A stretch of 64,000 nt of DNA from Candidatus Multivoradales bacterium (lineage in GTDB: Bacteria > Acidobacteriota > Thermoanaerobaculia > Multivoradales > JAHEKO01): NCBI GenBank assembly GCA_965223155.1, contig CBDCVR010000015.1, forward strand, positions 1,152,001-1,216,000, written 5' to 3'. A program made the position numbers and the translations under genes. Positions 1 through 9,992 of the stretch are shown in pieces (position 1 is the first letter of the stretch; each line of letters begins with the position of its first letter). The notes beneath the pieces are model-generated. The model was not told the DNA's origin. It saw only the letters and a program-made list of their open reading frames with translations, and did not search any database.

Positions 1-455
1 GCGAAGAAGAGACGGACATCGTCCGGGTTCGCTTCGAGAGCCGCGGTCTCGTCGGAATGAAAACTGTGGCGGGCGATCCGGAGCGCGTTGACCGGCCGGT
101 CGAGAGTCTCAGCGTCGACGCCAACTCGCGCGCCGCGGGCGACCGCGCAGGCGATGAGCCCGCGAGTATGGGTCAGATTGAAATCGACGCCGGCAATCTC
201 CTCGGCAAGGGCCGGCCGGCCGGCCCGGTTCGGACGGAATCGCCAGGCGGTTTCAGACCGGGCGGGACGGTCCTCTGTGTAGGACAGGGCGCGGCGCAAG
301 AGCGCCCGCCCGGCCAGGAAGTTGGCGCGCGCCTCCGGATGTTGAAACGACCGGGCCCTGGGGCTGTGCTCGTCTTCGGAGTAGGGTGTCAGCGCATCGG
401 GATGCGCGAGGAACAGATCGACCTCCGGCGCCTGGCCTATACTGATCGTCTCCAT
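1..455 (-). CDS. 4'-phosphopantetheinyl transferase, Sfp type (3' end runs off window)
   Basis: Not in the ORF track. Manual translation from ATG at 455 gives ...ANFLAGRALLRRAL...VDFNLTHTRGLIACAVARGARVGVDAE..., the FNLSH and VGVDxE motifs of Sfp PPTases. Confidence 0.85.
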   Translation of the reverse strand, partial: METISIGQAPEVDLFLAHPDALTPYSEDEHSPRARSFQHPEARANFLAGRALLRRALSYTEDRPARSETAWRFRPNRAGRPALAEEIAGVDFNLTHTRGLIACAVARGARVGVDAETLDRPVNALRIARHSFHSDETAALEANPDDVRLFF

Positions 456-466
456 TTCGAGTCGCC

Positions 467-1084
467 GTGACCTATCGCGCCGTCGCAAACTACTACCGGC
501 AGGAAGCCTTCGAGTTCTTCCGGCAATACCGGAACCCGTTTTACTCGCTCAACTTCCGGTTGCAGTTTAGCCGGTTGAAGGAATACCTGGACGAGCGCGG
601 CTACCGCAGTTACCTCAATCTCTGCTACTTCGTCACCCGGGCGATGCAGCCGATCGAGGCCTTCCGCTACCGGCTTTTGGACGGCGAGATGGTCCTCTAC
701 GACACCCTCCACCCCGCGATCACCGTGCCGGCCCAAGATGGTGCCTTCAGCTTCGTGGACTGCCGCTACGACGCGGACGTCGAGCGCTTCAACCGTAAGA
801 CGGTGTTGCCGGACCCGGAGGCGCCGCCGCGTCTCGCGCCCCATTCGCGCCACACCAACTACGCCTACTTCACGGCCATTCCCGGGGTGCCGTTCACGAG
901 CTTTACTCACCCCACCAACGACCGGGAGGACGGGGCGCCACGGGTGGCCATCAGCAAGCCCTTCGAGGAGGCCGGCGAGCTCTGGGTGCGACTGAGCCTC
1001 CAGGTGAACCACGTCTTTGTGGATGGCCGGCCGCTGGGCGAGCTCTACGAGCGCTGCGTGGCCGAGTTCGCGAATCCGGGCTGA
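467..1084 (+). CDS. CatA-like O-acetyltransferase (chloramphenicol acetyltransferase fold)
   Basis: N-terminal RQEAFEFFRQYRNPFYS and C-terminal LSLQVNHVFVDGRPLG correspond to the CatA QVHHAVCDG catalytic His motif. Confidence 0.8.
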   Translation: MTYRAVANYYRQEAFEFFRQYRNPFYSLNFRLQFSRLKEYLDERGYRSYLNLCYFVTRAMQPIEAFRYRLLDGEMVLYDTLHPAITVPAQDGAFSFVDCRYDADVERFNRKTVLPDPEAPPRLAPHSRHTNYAYFTAIPGVPFTSFTHPTNDREDGAPRVAISKPFEEAGELWVRLSLQVNHVFVDGRPLGELYERCVAEFANPG

Positions 1085-1341
1085 AGATCTTTTCGACGGG
1101 AGGAATGCCGGGCGGCCCGGATCGTCAGGACGATGCCCGTTTCCGTCGGATCGGGCGTCAACACCTTCGACTCCTAGGATCGAGCCTTGGGGTTGACTTG
1201 CGAATCGCAACGTCTTCCCCTACCCTGGCCGCGTGGTTGGTAATGGTTGTGTCGAATCTTCGGTTGCGCGAGCCCGTCGCTCTCAGGGCTTTCTGAGCCG
1301 CGAGTCGTCGTCCGCCAACGCATTCCAGCCCGTGACCAGCG

Positions 1342-4300
1342 ATGGAGTGGGTTGGCATGGGACGACAGAAGGCTAGCCCCTCCCGCCGATACCGAAGAAT
1401 CGGGAGCATCTGGGTTGCGGCACTCGCCGTAGCGGCACTGACCACCGCCCAGGAACCCGACCCGGGGCCGGAGGATCCTCCGGTCGGCGCCGACGTCAAT
1501 GATGCCCTTGTCGTCTCGCAGAACCTGCCGGACGCGATGTACTGCGGCGACACCGAGTCGTTCACGATTCGGCTCGAGAACGTCGGTACGGGCGACTGGA
1601 CCGAGGACGGTACGAACGGGCACCGGCTCGGGGTCACGGACAACGACGATCCGTTCCGCTCAAACGGCTCGAAGGTCCGGCTCCCCGCGGGCACGACCAT
1701 CGCTCCGGGACAGCGGCACACGTTCACCGTCGAGTTGACCGCGCCCGAGACCCACGGTGTCGTACGCACGGAGTGGCAGATGGCCGAGCAGGGGGTCGAA
1801 TGGTTCGGTTCGATCGTCTTCAAGGACATCAACGTCGTCTGCGGGGACCATGCGGTCCTCGCCGCCGAGGCGTTCCCGACGGCCATGAACTGCTCTTCGG
1901 AAGACGAAGCCACGGTGACGCTCCAGAACCTGGGCTCGACCGACTGGACCGACGCGGCCGGGTTCTATCTCGCCAACGTGGGCACGAGCGATGCCTTCAA
2001 TCCGTCCGGCGCTCCGGTGCGCTTGCCGAGCAATGTCACGGTCGGTCGCGGCGGAGGTCAGTACCCCTTCAAGGTTCCGCTCCAGGCCCCGAGCGACACG
2101 CACCAGAACGACGTCATGACGCTCTGGCAGATGGAGCACAACGGCGAACCCTTCGGTCCGCTCGTGACTGCCAGGATCGACGTTGATTGCGTCAACGCTG
2201 CGACCCGGGTCTCGGACACCCTGCCGGATTCCATGACCTGCGGCTCGACCCTGGTGCGCGAGGTGACGCTTCGCAACGGCGGCTCGAAACCCTGGACCGC
2301 AGCCGGCGGTCATCAACTGGGGGTTCCCGGGGATACCGATCCCTTCAACCCGAGCGGCGCCCGGGTCCACCTGCCGGCGAGCCTCGCGATCGAAGAGAAC
2401 GACTCCCACACCTTCGACGTCTCGCTGGTAGCGCCCGAGACGGCAACGACTCTGACCACCGAGTGGCAGATGGTCGAGAACGGGCAGTGGTTCGGCGAGA
2501 AGGTCTCAAAGACCATCACCGTGGTCTGTCAAGACGCTGCCCAGGCTATTGGTCACAACTTGCCGTCGCAGATGGCCTGTGGCGAAGTGGGGACCTATGC
2601 CGTAACGATGAAGAACACGGGCGACACGGTCTGGACACGGGCGGACGGCTACAAACTGGGCCCGACGGGAGGAAGCGACCCGTTCCGGGCCGATGCGACC
2701 CGGGTTCAGCTGCCCACGAGCGCCTCGATTGCCCCGCAATCCCAGCATTCGTTCTCGGTCGCCTTGACCGCGCCGTCGCAGCCCGGAAGCTATGTGACGG
2801 AATGGCAGATGGTCAACGAGGGCGTCGGCTGGTTCGGCGTCGTCGTCTCTCATCCCATCGAGGTGACCTGCCAGACGGGGGCCAACGACGCCGACATCGT
2901 CTCCGCCAACGTTCCGTCTCCGATGGCACTCGGCTCGACCCATACGATCTCAGTAAGTGTTGCCAACAACGGCACCTCGACTTGGCAGGCCGGCACCCAT
3001 CGGCTGGCCGTCGACGCCGACCTCGACTTCTTCCCGGCGAGCGTGGAGCTGCCGGCAGGTGCACAGATCGACGAATCTGGTTCGCACTCGTTCGTCTTCG
3101 AGGTCACGATCCCGACGACGGCAACGCTAGGCAACCAAGTCATCCAGTGGCAGATGGAGACGGTGAGCGGAGACGCGTTCGGCGAGACCGAGAGCACTGT
3201 GGTCAAGGTCGTCGATCCGTCCACTGCCCTGCCGATGGTTGACTCCGAGCTCATCGTCGTGCCCCTGGGAGCGGTGACGCGCGCCAGTCTCACGGGATCG
3301 GGCCTCTCGGGCGCCGAGGTCTCCTTTGCCCGGCCGGCGACCGGCGATCCGGCGAGCACTCCCCTCGCCAGCGCCGTGACTTCGTCCGGCCAGCAGCTGG
3401 CCTTCGACGTCGATACTCGAGGGGCGACCGAGACCGGCTTTCATGTCCTGACGATCGAGACCGCCGGTGGCGTTGAGTCGGCACTCGTCCGCGTCCTTGC
3501 TCCCGGACCGGTGGTGGACACCTACACACCGAGCGAGGTCGCCCGAGGTGAGACCTACGTGCTTCACATCGTTGGTGCGAATCTAGGTGGCGGCTCGATT
3601 TCCACTTCCAGCTCTGGCATTCAGCTCCACTCGGTCCACGCCGAAACCAATGGGATATCGGCTGTCCTGTCCGTGGAGGATGACGCGTCGACCGGCGAGC
3701 GCGAACTGTCGGTCATGACGTCGGCCGGCTCCGTCAGCCTTCCGCTCCGCGTGCTTGCATCTTTGTCCGGTGGCTCTCCGGCGACTCGGACCCTCGGAGG
3801 CGCACGCTTCCAGACGCCCGCGACCTACGGGGACTTTACGAATCCCAAATCGACGATTCCGGAAAACGCCTTCTTCGCGGGTTGCTACGACAAGAACTTC
3901 CGCTACAACGTCATCAATCACACTTCGACGCAACTGATTCTCGAAGACCTGCAGACGGCAGCCGCGGTTCTGCCCGGCGATGTGGTCAATCTTGTTCCCG
4001 AGATCGGACGGGTTCTTGACGCGACCGTTCTGCAGACCCATGCTCGGATCGAGGTCGAGGGGGCCGTCGTCGTCTGCGTCTTCTTTGAACCGCTCACCGG
4101 GACCTTCGAGTGGGGCTACAACATCGATCTCTGCATCCGGGCGGAAGCCCGCATCACGATTCCGCTGGTGCGGGGCTACATGTTCACCAAGGAATGGTGT
4201 TTCGGAGTCCAGCGCGAAGAGCCTCCGACCGAAACCGAGCCCACCGGAGACATGGAGTCCTTCTCCGTGCGCCACAGCGATGCCTGTGTCAAGGTCGTCG

Positions 4301-5277
4301 AGATCTCGATCGTGGATGGAGAACCTGAAGATCCCAACCGTCCGCCCACCGGCGTCAAGCGGGTGGAAGTCGCCATTCCCAGGGACTGCGGCTGCGAGCA
4401 GGGCGCTCCCCGAGACGGCATCCTCAGCGCCCGCGCCATCGGCAGCGGCTTTACGGATTTCGACACCGGGGACGAGGACGTCGCGGACACCCACGTCACC
4501 TGCGCCACGTCCTGTACCGGTGAAGAGGTGGAGATCGAGATCAGGACCTTTATCCCGACGAACCGGGCAGATCCGCCCGGATTTGCCCTCCACGTCGGGT
4601 GTTTCAAGAACACGTCCTTCCTCCCGACGACCTTTTCCGGCGATGACCGGTGGCTGGACCCAAACCCGGCCCCGCAGCCACTTCCACAGTATCCTGACTT
4701 GCCTTCGAGGAGGAACCGGTTTCGGACGCAGCAGACCCTCCGGCTACGAATCGATCAGGACCAGGAGCCGCTTGTGCTTTCGTCGAGCGCTGACACAGGG
4801 ACGACCTTTGAATTCGAGAAGCTGTCGACGCTGGCAGGCGACAATCGGGTCGACTTCCGGGACGCTGAGGACGGTGGAGACCACGATGGCGTGCTCGGCG
4901 ACTGTCACCTTTTGCATCGGTCTGGCGCGGCTCCCACCGACAAGCTGCGGTGGACGGCGACGGCAACCCTGCCAGGTCACCTGGGGTTGCTTGTCACGGG
5001 AGAAGCCGGAGACCCGCTTGTCGCAGGTGCGGCGCCCCTCGGCTATTCCTTCCAGGCTACCTTTCGGCGAAACTCGGACGGCTCTCTCACCTGGGCGATG
5101 AACGGTGCCCATGACTGTCAACCGGCGTTCGAGGTCTACATTAACGACGATCTGATCCATCATTATCCGCAGAGTCGGCCTCAGGTAACTGATCCCAATG
5201 ACCTTTGGCATTGTCTTGGTGGAAATCTTGAAATAGAGACGGGACTCCTCGAAGGAGAAATACCGTGTACACAATGA
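1342..5277 (+). CDS. Large secreted protein: 5 NBR1-Ig-like repeats, 2 IPT/TIG-like domains, Cys-rich region, C-terminal DUF3238-like domain
   Basis: Signal-like N-terminus. Five ~115-aa repeats with NxGxxxW and WQM...FG motifs. PVVDTYTPSEV..G IPT-like start. Tip motifs RTFIP, FSGDDR, FRTQQ, GDPLV, GAHDCQPAFEVYIN. Start could be ATG 1357. Confidence 0.75.
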   Translation: MEWVGMGRQKASPSRRYRRIGSIWVAALAVAALTTAQEPDPGPEDPPVGADVNDALVVSQNLPDAMYCGDTESFTIRLENVGTGDWTEDGTNGHRLGVTDNDDPFRSNGSKVRLPAGTTIAPGQRHTFTVELTAPETHGVVRTEWQMAEQGVEWFGSIVFKDINVVCGDHAVLAAEAFPTAMNCSSEDEATVTLQNLGSTDWTDAAGFYLANVGTSDAFNPSGAPVRLPSNVTVGRGGGQYPFKVPLQAPSDTHQNDVMTLWQMEHNGEPFGPLVTARIDVDCVNAATRVSDTLPDSMTCGSTLVREVTLRNGGSKPWTAAGGHQLGVPGDTDPFNPSGARVHLPASLAIEENDSHTFDVSLVAPETATTLTTEWQMVENGQWFGEKVSKTITVVCQDAAQAIGHNLPSQMACGEVGTYAVTMKNTGDTVWTRADGYKLGPTGGSDPFRADATRVQLPTSASIAPQSQHSFSVALTAPSQPGSYVTEWQMVNEGVGWFGVVVSHPIEVTCQTGANDADIVSANVPSPMALGSTHTISVSVANNGTSTWQAGTHRLAVDADLDFFPASVELPAGAQIDESGSHSFVFEVTIPTTATLGNQVIQWQMETVSGDAFGETESTVVKVVDPSTALPMVDSELIVVPLGAVTRASLTGSGLSGAEVSFARPATGDPASTPLASAVTSSGQQLAFDVDTRGATETGFHVLTIETAGGVESALVRVLAPGPVVDTYTPSEVARGETYVLHIVGANLGGGSISTSSSGIQLHSVHAETNGISAVLSVEDDASTGERELSVMTSAGSVSLPLRVLASLSGGSPATRTLGGARFQTPATYGDFTNPKSTIPENAFFAGCYDKNFRYNVINHTSTQLILEDLQTAAAVLPGDVVNLVPEIGRVLDATVLQTHARIEVEGAVVVCVFFEPLTGTFEWGYNIDLCIRAEARITIPLVRGYMFTKEWCFGVQREEPPTETEPTGDMESFSVRHSDACVKVVEISIVDGEPEDPNRPPTGVKRVEVAIPRDCGCEQGAPRDGILSARAIGSGFTDFDTGDEDVADTHVTCATSCTGEEVEIEIRTFIPTNRADPPGFALHVGCFKNTSFLPTTFSGDDRWLDPNPAPQPLPQYPDLPSRRNRFRTQQTLRLRIDQDQEPLVLSSSADTGTTFEFEKLSTLAGDNRVDFRDAEDGGDHDGVLGDCHLLHRSGAAPTDKLRWTATATLPGHLGLLVTGEAGDPLVAGAAPLGYSFQATFRRNSDGSLTWAMNGAHDCQPAFEVYINDDLIHHYPQSRPQVTDPNDLWHCLGGNLEIETGLLEGEIPCTQ

Positions 5278-8195
5278 GACGAGACTGCGGAGGCAGTCGG
5301 CTCCTGACAGGGCTGAGCACAGTGTGCCTAGTCCTGATTCCTGCCATGGTTGCGACGCCCGCAAGCTCGACGGACACGCTCTCCGCGGTTGTGGCCATGC
5401 TTTCGTCCCCGGAATCCGCAACACGCGCTCAGGGTCTCAATGCACTAGACTCCGACTGGCCATCCTTCGGGATAGATCACCTCGACACGATCTGGGGGCT
5501 TGTCCTGCCTCTCCTGGACGATCCCGACCTTGGCGTGCGCCTGGACGCGGCCCACACGCTCTTCCAAGCGGTGACCGTTAACCAGCGGCCGGAAGCCTTC
5601 GGCGCTTCGAACGCACAAGTCGGTGTTGCGGCCGACAACGTAGCGAGCTTCAACGAACGGCTGCCGGACATCCTCGGTCGCCTGGATACCGTGGCACCGG
5701 ACACTCGGGGCGACTTCTACACAGTTCTTGCCCACTGGCCGGACCTGCCGGCATCCGCGGTCCACGAGATCCTCCCGCCTCTTGACGAAACCGACACGGA
5801 GGTCCTGCGCATGTCCTTCGTTGCGCTGGCTGGCGTTCGTCCACGGGATGGATTGATCGTTGCCGAGCTCCTGCGGCGTTGCGAGGAGGACATCTCGGAC
5901 TTCTATGCAGTCGAAGCTCTAGGCTGGATGTATAGTAAGCGGAATCCTCTCGATTTCTTACCCGTACCCGAGCCGCCGCAAGAAGTTTTGGACGCTCTCC
6001 TGGCGGAGCTTGGCGATCCGGAAGCGAGTCACCGAGCAGTCGCAGCTAGGGCACTCTCGGGAATCGCAATCGGCAACGAAGCAATCTCCGAGATGCTCGC
6101 ATTGCTTCGAGATACGGATCCGTCAGAGGAGGTGCGCAACCAAGCCTCCCACGCCCTGAAAAGCATCGAGCGCTTCGAGAAGCACCCCGAGATCGTCACC
6201 CACCCGGCGTCGACCAACGCGGTCGTAGGGTCCACGGGACTCCTGTCTTGCTCGGCTACCGGAGGCGAGCCGCTGACCTATCACTGGGTCAAGGACGGCG
6301 TCGCCCTCGACGACGGCCCTGCCGGCACAGGCGCGACGCTCCAGGGCACCGCGACCGCGACCTTGACCATCCAGTCCGTCCAGAGCGAAGACGCCGGAGA
6401 GTACGTGTGTGGCGTGTCCAACGAGTGGGGGATCATCACCTCGAATCCGGCATTCGTTCGGGTGGGTAGTGCGCCGTCGATTACGGCCGGCCTGGCCGCA
6501 GCTTCGGTCGCCACCGGTTCTAGCTTCACTCTCGCTTGCACCGCCACGGGCACCGAACCGCTAGCTTTCACCTGGACGAAAGACGGTGCCGCGCTCTCGG
6601 ATACCGCGACTCTGTCGGGCACCGCCTCTCCGTCCCTCCAGTTCCCAGCCGTCGCTCTAGATCACTCTGGCAGCTATCGGTGCCACGTAAACAACGACTG
6701 GGGCTCCGCGGAGTCGGTCCCAGCGCAACTGACCGTCGGCGACCCTCCGGCGATCGCCGGCGAACCGGTGTCGGTGGAATCCGCGATCGGCATGAGCGCC
6801 GTCTTTTCCTGCTCGGCCTCGGGGACAGAGCCACTCGCCTATCAATGGCTGCGGAACGGTGTCGAGCTCGTGGATGGAGCCCGAGTGACGGGCTCAGCGA
6901 CTCCGAGCGTGACGGTTTCGAGTCTGGTCGCGTCCGATGCCGGCGGGTATGCCTGCCGGGTGGCGAACGGCTTTGGCGAGGCCGTGTCGGCCTCGGCGAG
7001 TCTCGTTATCGGAAACCCGCCGCAGGTGACGAGCCAGCCGGCCCCGGCGACGGCGATCGCCGGCGGAGAGGCGAGCTTCTCGTGCGCGGCGACGGGCGAT
7101 GGCACCCTCTCGTATCTTTGGCAGAAAGACGGCGCGGATCTGGCCGATGATGCCAGCATCGAAGGCGCCGCGACCACCCAGGTTACCGTTCGGAAGATCG
7201 ATGCCTCGAGCGCGGGCACCTACCGGTGCCTCGTGTCGAGCGACTACGGACAAGCCCTGTCGGATCCGGCGGCCCTCACGTTCGAGGCCTGGCGCGCCTA
7301 TCCGGTCGCCACGGTGAGCTCGAACTGGACTTCTTCGGAGCCGGTCCATGATCAGCTCGACGATCCCACCAACTTCGTGACCTCCCGCATGACGGCTGGT
7401 ACCAGTATGAGCGATGCTCTGACGGTTCGGATGGCTCCGATGGGCGATCCTGACACCGATCTCGGGCACGAGATCCACGTCCGGGCCCGGGCACTCGACA
7501 ACGCCCCGGTGACCTTGCGCGTGCACCTGATGCGGGGAAGCACCTCGCTGACCTACCAAAACCTCGAGTTCGGCTTCGAGGAGTCGGTCGCGGTATTCGC
7601 CGTGCCTCCCGAAGCCGCCACGAATCTCGAAGACTACGGCGACGTCCAGATCAAGGTGGTCAAGTTCCATGAGATCACGGGCAACAACTCGGATCGTCGG
7701 GCCGAGCTCATTGAGGTCGAGTTTCGAGTCCCCGAGGTTTCCGCTCCGGTCCAGCGGGTGGCCGCTGTCGGTACGACCGCGACCAACTCCTTCTCGCCGA
7801 CACCCGTTCACGAGCAGGTCGATGATCTGACGAACGTCGTCACCTCGTCGGTTTCGGCCGGTACGTCGGACTCGTTCACCCTGGCGATGGCTCCGATGAC
7901 CGATCCGGGGACCGACGCGGACCATGTTCTCCGGGTTCGCGGCCGGGCGCTCGACAACGAGCCGGTCCGCCTTCGGATCGTGCTGCTCCAGGGCGGCACG
8001 ACCCTCAAGTACTGGGGCCGCGATCTCTACTTCCAGGAATCGACGATGCGGGTTGCGATCCCGGCCTCGGTGGCCTCGGGCTTGACTGACTACTCGGACG
8101 TGCGCGTTCGGATCGTTAAGTTCAATGAGCTCTGGAACGAGAACAACCGGCGCGCCGAGATCAACTGGATCGAACTCGAAGCCCCGCTGCCCTAG
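5265..8195 (+). CDS. Secreted protein: HEAT repeats, 4 I-set immunoglobulin domains, duplicated ~145-aa C-terminal domain
   Basis: Signal-like N-terminus. HEAT motifs (LLDDPDLGVRLDAAHTL, TDPSEEVRNQASHAL). Four C-x-A-x-G..L.Y/F.W.KDG...D.G.Y.C.V domains. Overlaps the upstream stop (ATGA at 5274-5277). Confidence 0.8.
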   Translation: MYTMRRDCGGSRLLTGLSTVCLVLIPAMVATPASSTDTLSAVVAMLSSPESATRAQGLNALDSDWPSFGIDHLDTIWGLVLPLLDDPDLGVRLDAAHTLFQAVTVNQRPEAFGASNAQVGVAADNVASFNERLPDILGRLDTVAPDTRGDFYTVLAHWPDLPASAVHEILPPLDETDTEVLRMSFVALAGVRPRDGLIVAELLRRCEEDISDFYAVEALGWMYSKRNPLDFLPVPEPPQEVLDALLAELGDPEASHRAVAARALSGIAIGNEAISEMLALLRDTDPSEEVRNQASHALKSIERFEKHPEIVTHPASTNAVVGSTGLLSCSATGGEPLTYHWVKDGVALDDGPAGTGATLQGTATATLTIQSVQSEDAGEYVCGVSNEWGIITSNPAFVRVGSAPSITAGLAAASVATGSSFTLACTATGTEPLAFTWTKDGAALSDTATLSGTASPSLQFPAVALDHSGSYRCHVNNDWGSAESVPAQLTVGDPPAIAGEPVSVESAIGMSAVFSCSASGTEPLAYQWLRNGVELVDGARVTGSATPSVTVSSLVASDAGGYACRVANGFGEAVSASASLVIGNPPQVTSQPAPATAIAGGEASFSCAATGDGTLSYLWQKDGADLADDASIEGAATTQVTVRKIDASSAGTYRCLVSSDYGQALSDPAALTFEAWRAYPVATVSSNWTSSEPVHDQLDDPTNFVTSRMTAGTSMSDALTVRMAPMGDPDTDLGHEIHVRARALDNAPVTLRVHLMRGSTSLTYQNLEFGFEESVAVFAVPPEAATNLEDYGDVQIKVVKFHEITGNNSDRRAELIEVEFRVPEVSAPVQRVAAVGTTATNSFSPTPVHEQVDDLTNVVTSSVSAGTSDSFTLAMAPMTDPGTDADHVLRVRGRALDNEPVRLRIVLLQGGTTLKYWGRDLYFQESTMRVAIPASVASGLTDYSDVRVRIVKFNELWNENNRRAEINWIELEAPLP

Positions 8196-8227
8196 CCCGC
8201 CCGCGAGAACCTTCCTTCGCGCCGCCC

Positions 8228-8803
8228 TCAAGCGCGGTCGAGGTCGCGGACGGGGGTGGAGCTGGCGAGCTCGAGCTCGACGATGGCGTCGGGGTGGGTG
8301 GCGAAGAGCTGGCGGCCGCCCCGGTCGCCGGTGATGGCGGCGAGATCGCCAAAGAGGGCGCGGTCGAAGAGGACGGGGGCAAAGCGGTGTCCACGATAGG
8401 CCGGCACCACGATAGGTCCGCCGGTAGCGGCGTAGGTGTCGAGGATGCGATCCAGGGTCGCGGCGTCGAGGTCCGGGAGGTCGCAGGGGATGAAGAGGGC
8501 GGCGTCGGCGTCGGGTGCGACGGCGTCGAGGCCGCGGCGCACGGACGTGGACTGGCCGGAGGCGAAGTCTCGGTTCTCGGCGATCTCGACCGCCAGTCCG
8601 GCGAGGACGGCCTCGATCTCGGCGGCGCGGTGACCGGTGACGACGAGGATCTGGCGCAGCCGCGAGGCGAGCGCGGTCCGGGCAGTCCGCCGGACGAGAG
8701 GCTCGCCGTCGATCGCGTGAAGCTGCTTCGGGGCTGCGCCGCCGAAGCGGGTCGATCGGCCCGCGGCCAGGATGACGCCGGTGACGTTGACCGAGTGGGG
8801 CAT
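8228..8803 (-). CDS. mocA: Molybdenum cofactor cytidylyltransferase (MocA/MobA-like NTP transferase)
   Basis: GVILAAGRSTRFGG..KQL, PCDLP and GDRGGR motifs; lies next to xdhC. Confidence 0.85.
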   Translation of the reverse strand: MPHSVNVTGVILAAGRSTRFGGAAPKQLHAIDGEPLVRRTARTALASRLRQILVVTGHRAAEIEAVLAGLAVEIAENRDFASGQSTSVRRGLDAVAPDADAALFIPCDLPDLDAATLDRILDTYAATGGPIVVPAYRGHRFAPVLFDRALFGDLAAITGDRGGRQLFATHPDAIVELELASSTPVRDLDRA

Positions 8804-8869
8804 CACGGATCGACTATCTCGCTTGGCTGGCCGTGGCCGCTTCGAACCGGCCACGCCGAGCCGGGCGCG

Positions 8870-9988
8870 TCACGCGGGCCGGTTCTCGCCGGCCGCGCCT
8901 GGCTCCGGGAACTCCGGGAGCTCCGGGAGTTCCGGGAGCTTGCCGTAGCGGGCGGCGACGATCTCGGCCAGAACGGCAAGGGCGATCTCTTCGGCCCGGC
9001 GCCCGCCCAAGTCGAGCCCGATCGGGTTGTGAATGCGGGCGATCTCGGCGGCCGAAAAGCCGGCCTCTTCGAGGGCCGCGACGCGCTTGGCGTGGGTCTT
9101 CTTCGAGCCCAGAGCACCGATGTAGCGGGCCGGGCTGCGCAAGGCGACCTCGAGAGCGGGCAGCTCGATCTTGAGGTCGTGGGCGAGAAGGGCGAAATAG
9201 GTACCTTCGGTGATCGCTCGTCCGGCGAGGGCCTCTCCCGGCCACAGGCCGAGGAGCTCGTCGGCGCCGGCGAACCGTTCGGCGGTGGCAAAGGCTGCGC
9301 GTGGATCGATGACGACGGTGCGGAAGTCCAGCTCGCGCGCGAGTCGGATCAGGTGGATCGCCACGTGGACGGCGCCCAGGATCACGATCTCGGCGGGCGG
9401 CAGGAAGACGTCGAAGAAGACCTCGACCGGCTCCGGCTCGGCCGCGATCCGTGCAAGCGCAGAGGTGCCGGCGGCCAGGCGCTCGCGAGCGGCCGCGGTC
9501 AGGTGGCCGCGGTCGAGCTCCTGGCTTTCTGTAGCGGCGTTCGAGCCAAGAAGGCCGCCGTCGCCGTCGAAAAGAAAGTGCGCGCCCGTGGCGGCTCCGG
9601 AAACCACAGTCGCCAGGATCCGGGTCTCGCCGGCCGCGATCGCCGCGCGAAGGCCGGTCAGGGGCGAGTCGGATGCGGGATCGAAGGGCTCGATCCAGAC
9701 GTCGAGCGAGCCACCGCAGGACAGTCCAAGGCTCCAGGCCAGATCGTTCGAAACGCCGTAGGCGGAGAGCTTCGGCCGGCCGCTGTCGAGAACTTCGAGG
9801 GCTTCCTCGACCACCGCTCCTTCGACGCAGCCGCCGGAGACCGAGCCCGCCATCTCGCCATCCGAGGAGATCGCCATCTTGGCTCCCACCGGTCGCGGCG
9901 CCGAGCCCCATGCCCGGACCACCGTAGCCAGGGCGGCCTTCTTGCCCGCCGCGCTCCAGGCGTCGACTTGCTCGAGAAGCTCGCGCAT
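8870..9988 (-). CDS. xdhC: XdhC/CoxI family molybdoenzyme maturation factor
   Basis: ALATVVRAWGSAPRPVGAKM, GSVSGGCVEG, LGLSCGGSLDVWIE, YIGALGSKK, PIGLDLGG; start reassigned to ATG 9988. Confidence 0.92.
   Translation of the reverse strand: MRELLEQVDAWSAAGKKAALATVVRAWGSAPRPVGAKMAISSDGEMAGSVSGGCVEGAVVEEALEVLDSGRPKLSAYGVSNDLAWSLGLSCGGSLDVWIEPFDPASDSPLTGLRAAIAAGETRILATVVSGAATGAHFLFDGDGGLLGSNAATESQELDRGHLTAAARERLAAGTSALARIAAEPEPVEVFFDVFLPPAEIVILGAVHVAIHLIRLARELDFRTVVIDPRAAFATAERFAGADELLGLWPGEALAGRAITEGTYFALLAHDLKIELPALEVALRSPARYIGALGSKKTHAKRVAALEEAGFSAAEIARIHNPIGLDLGGRRAEEIALAVLAEIVAARYGKLPELPELPEFPEPGAAGENRPA
8902..8937. repeat. 4 x 9-bp tandem repeat (GCTCCGGGA-like) at the 3' end of xdhC
   Basis: gctccggga actccggga gctccggga gttccggga; encodes LPELPELPEFPE. 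Confidence 0.8.
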
Positions 9989-9992
9989 GGAT

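Noticed and set aside
467-1084. Bona fide chloramphenicol resistance gene
   Set aside because: The fold and catalytic His are present, but the sequence is divergent and not in a mobile context; the substrate cannot be inferred.
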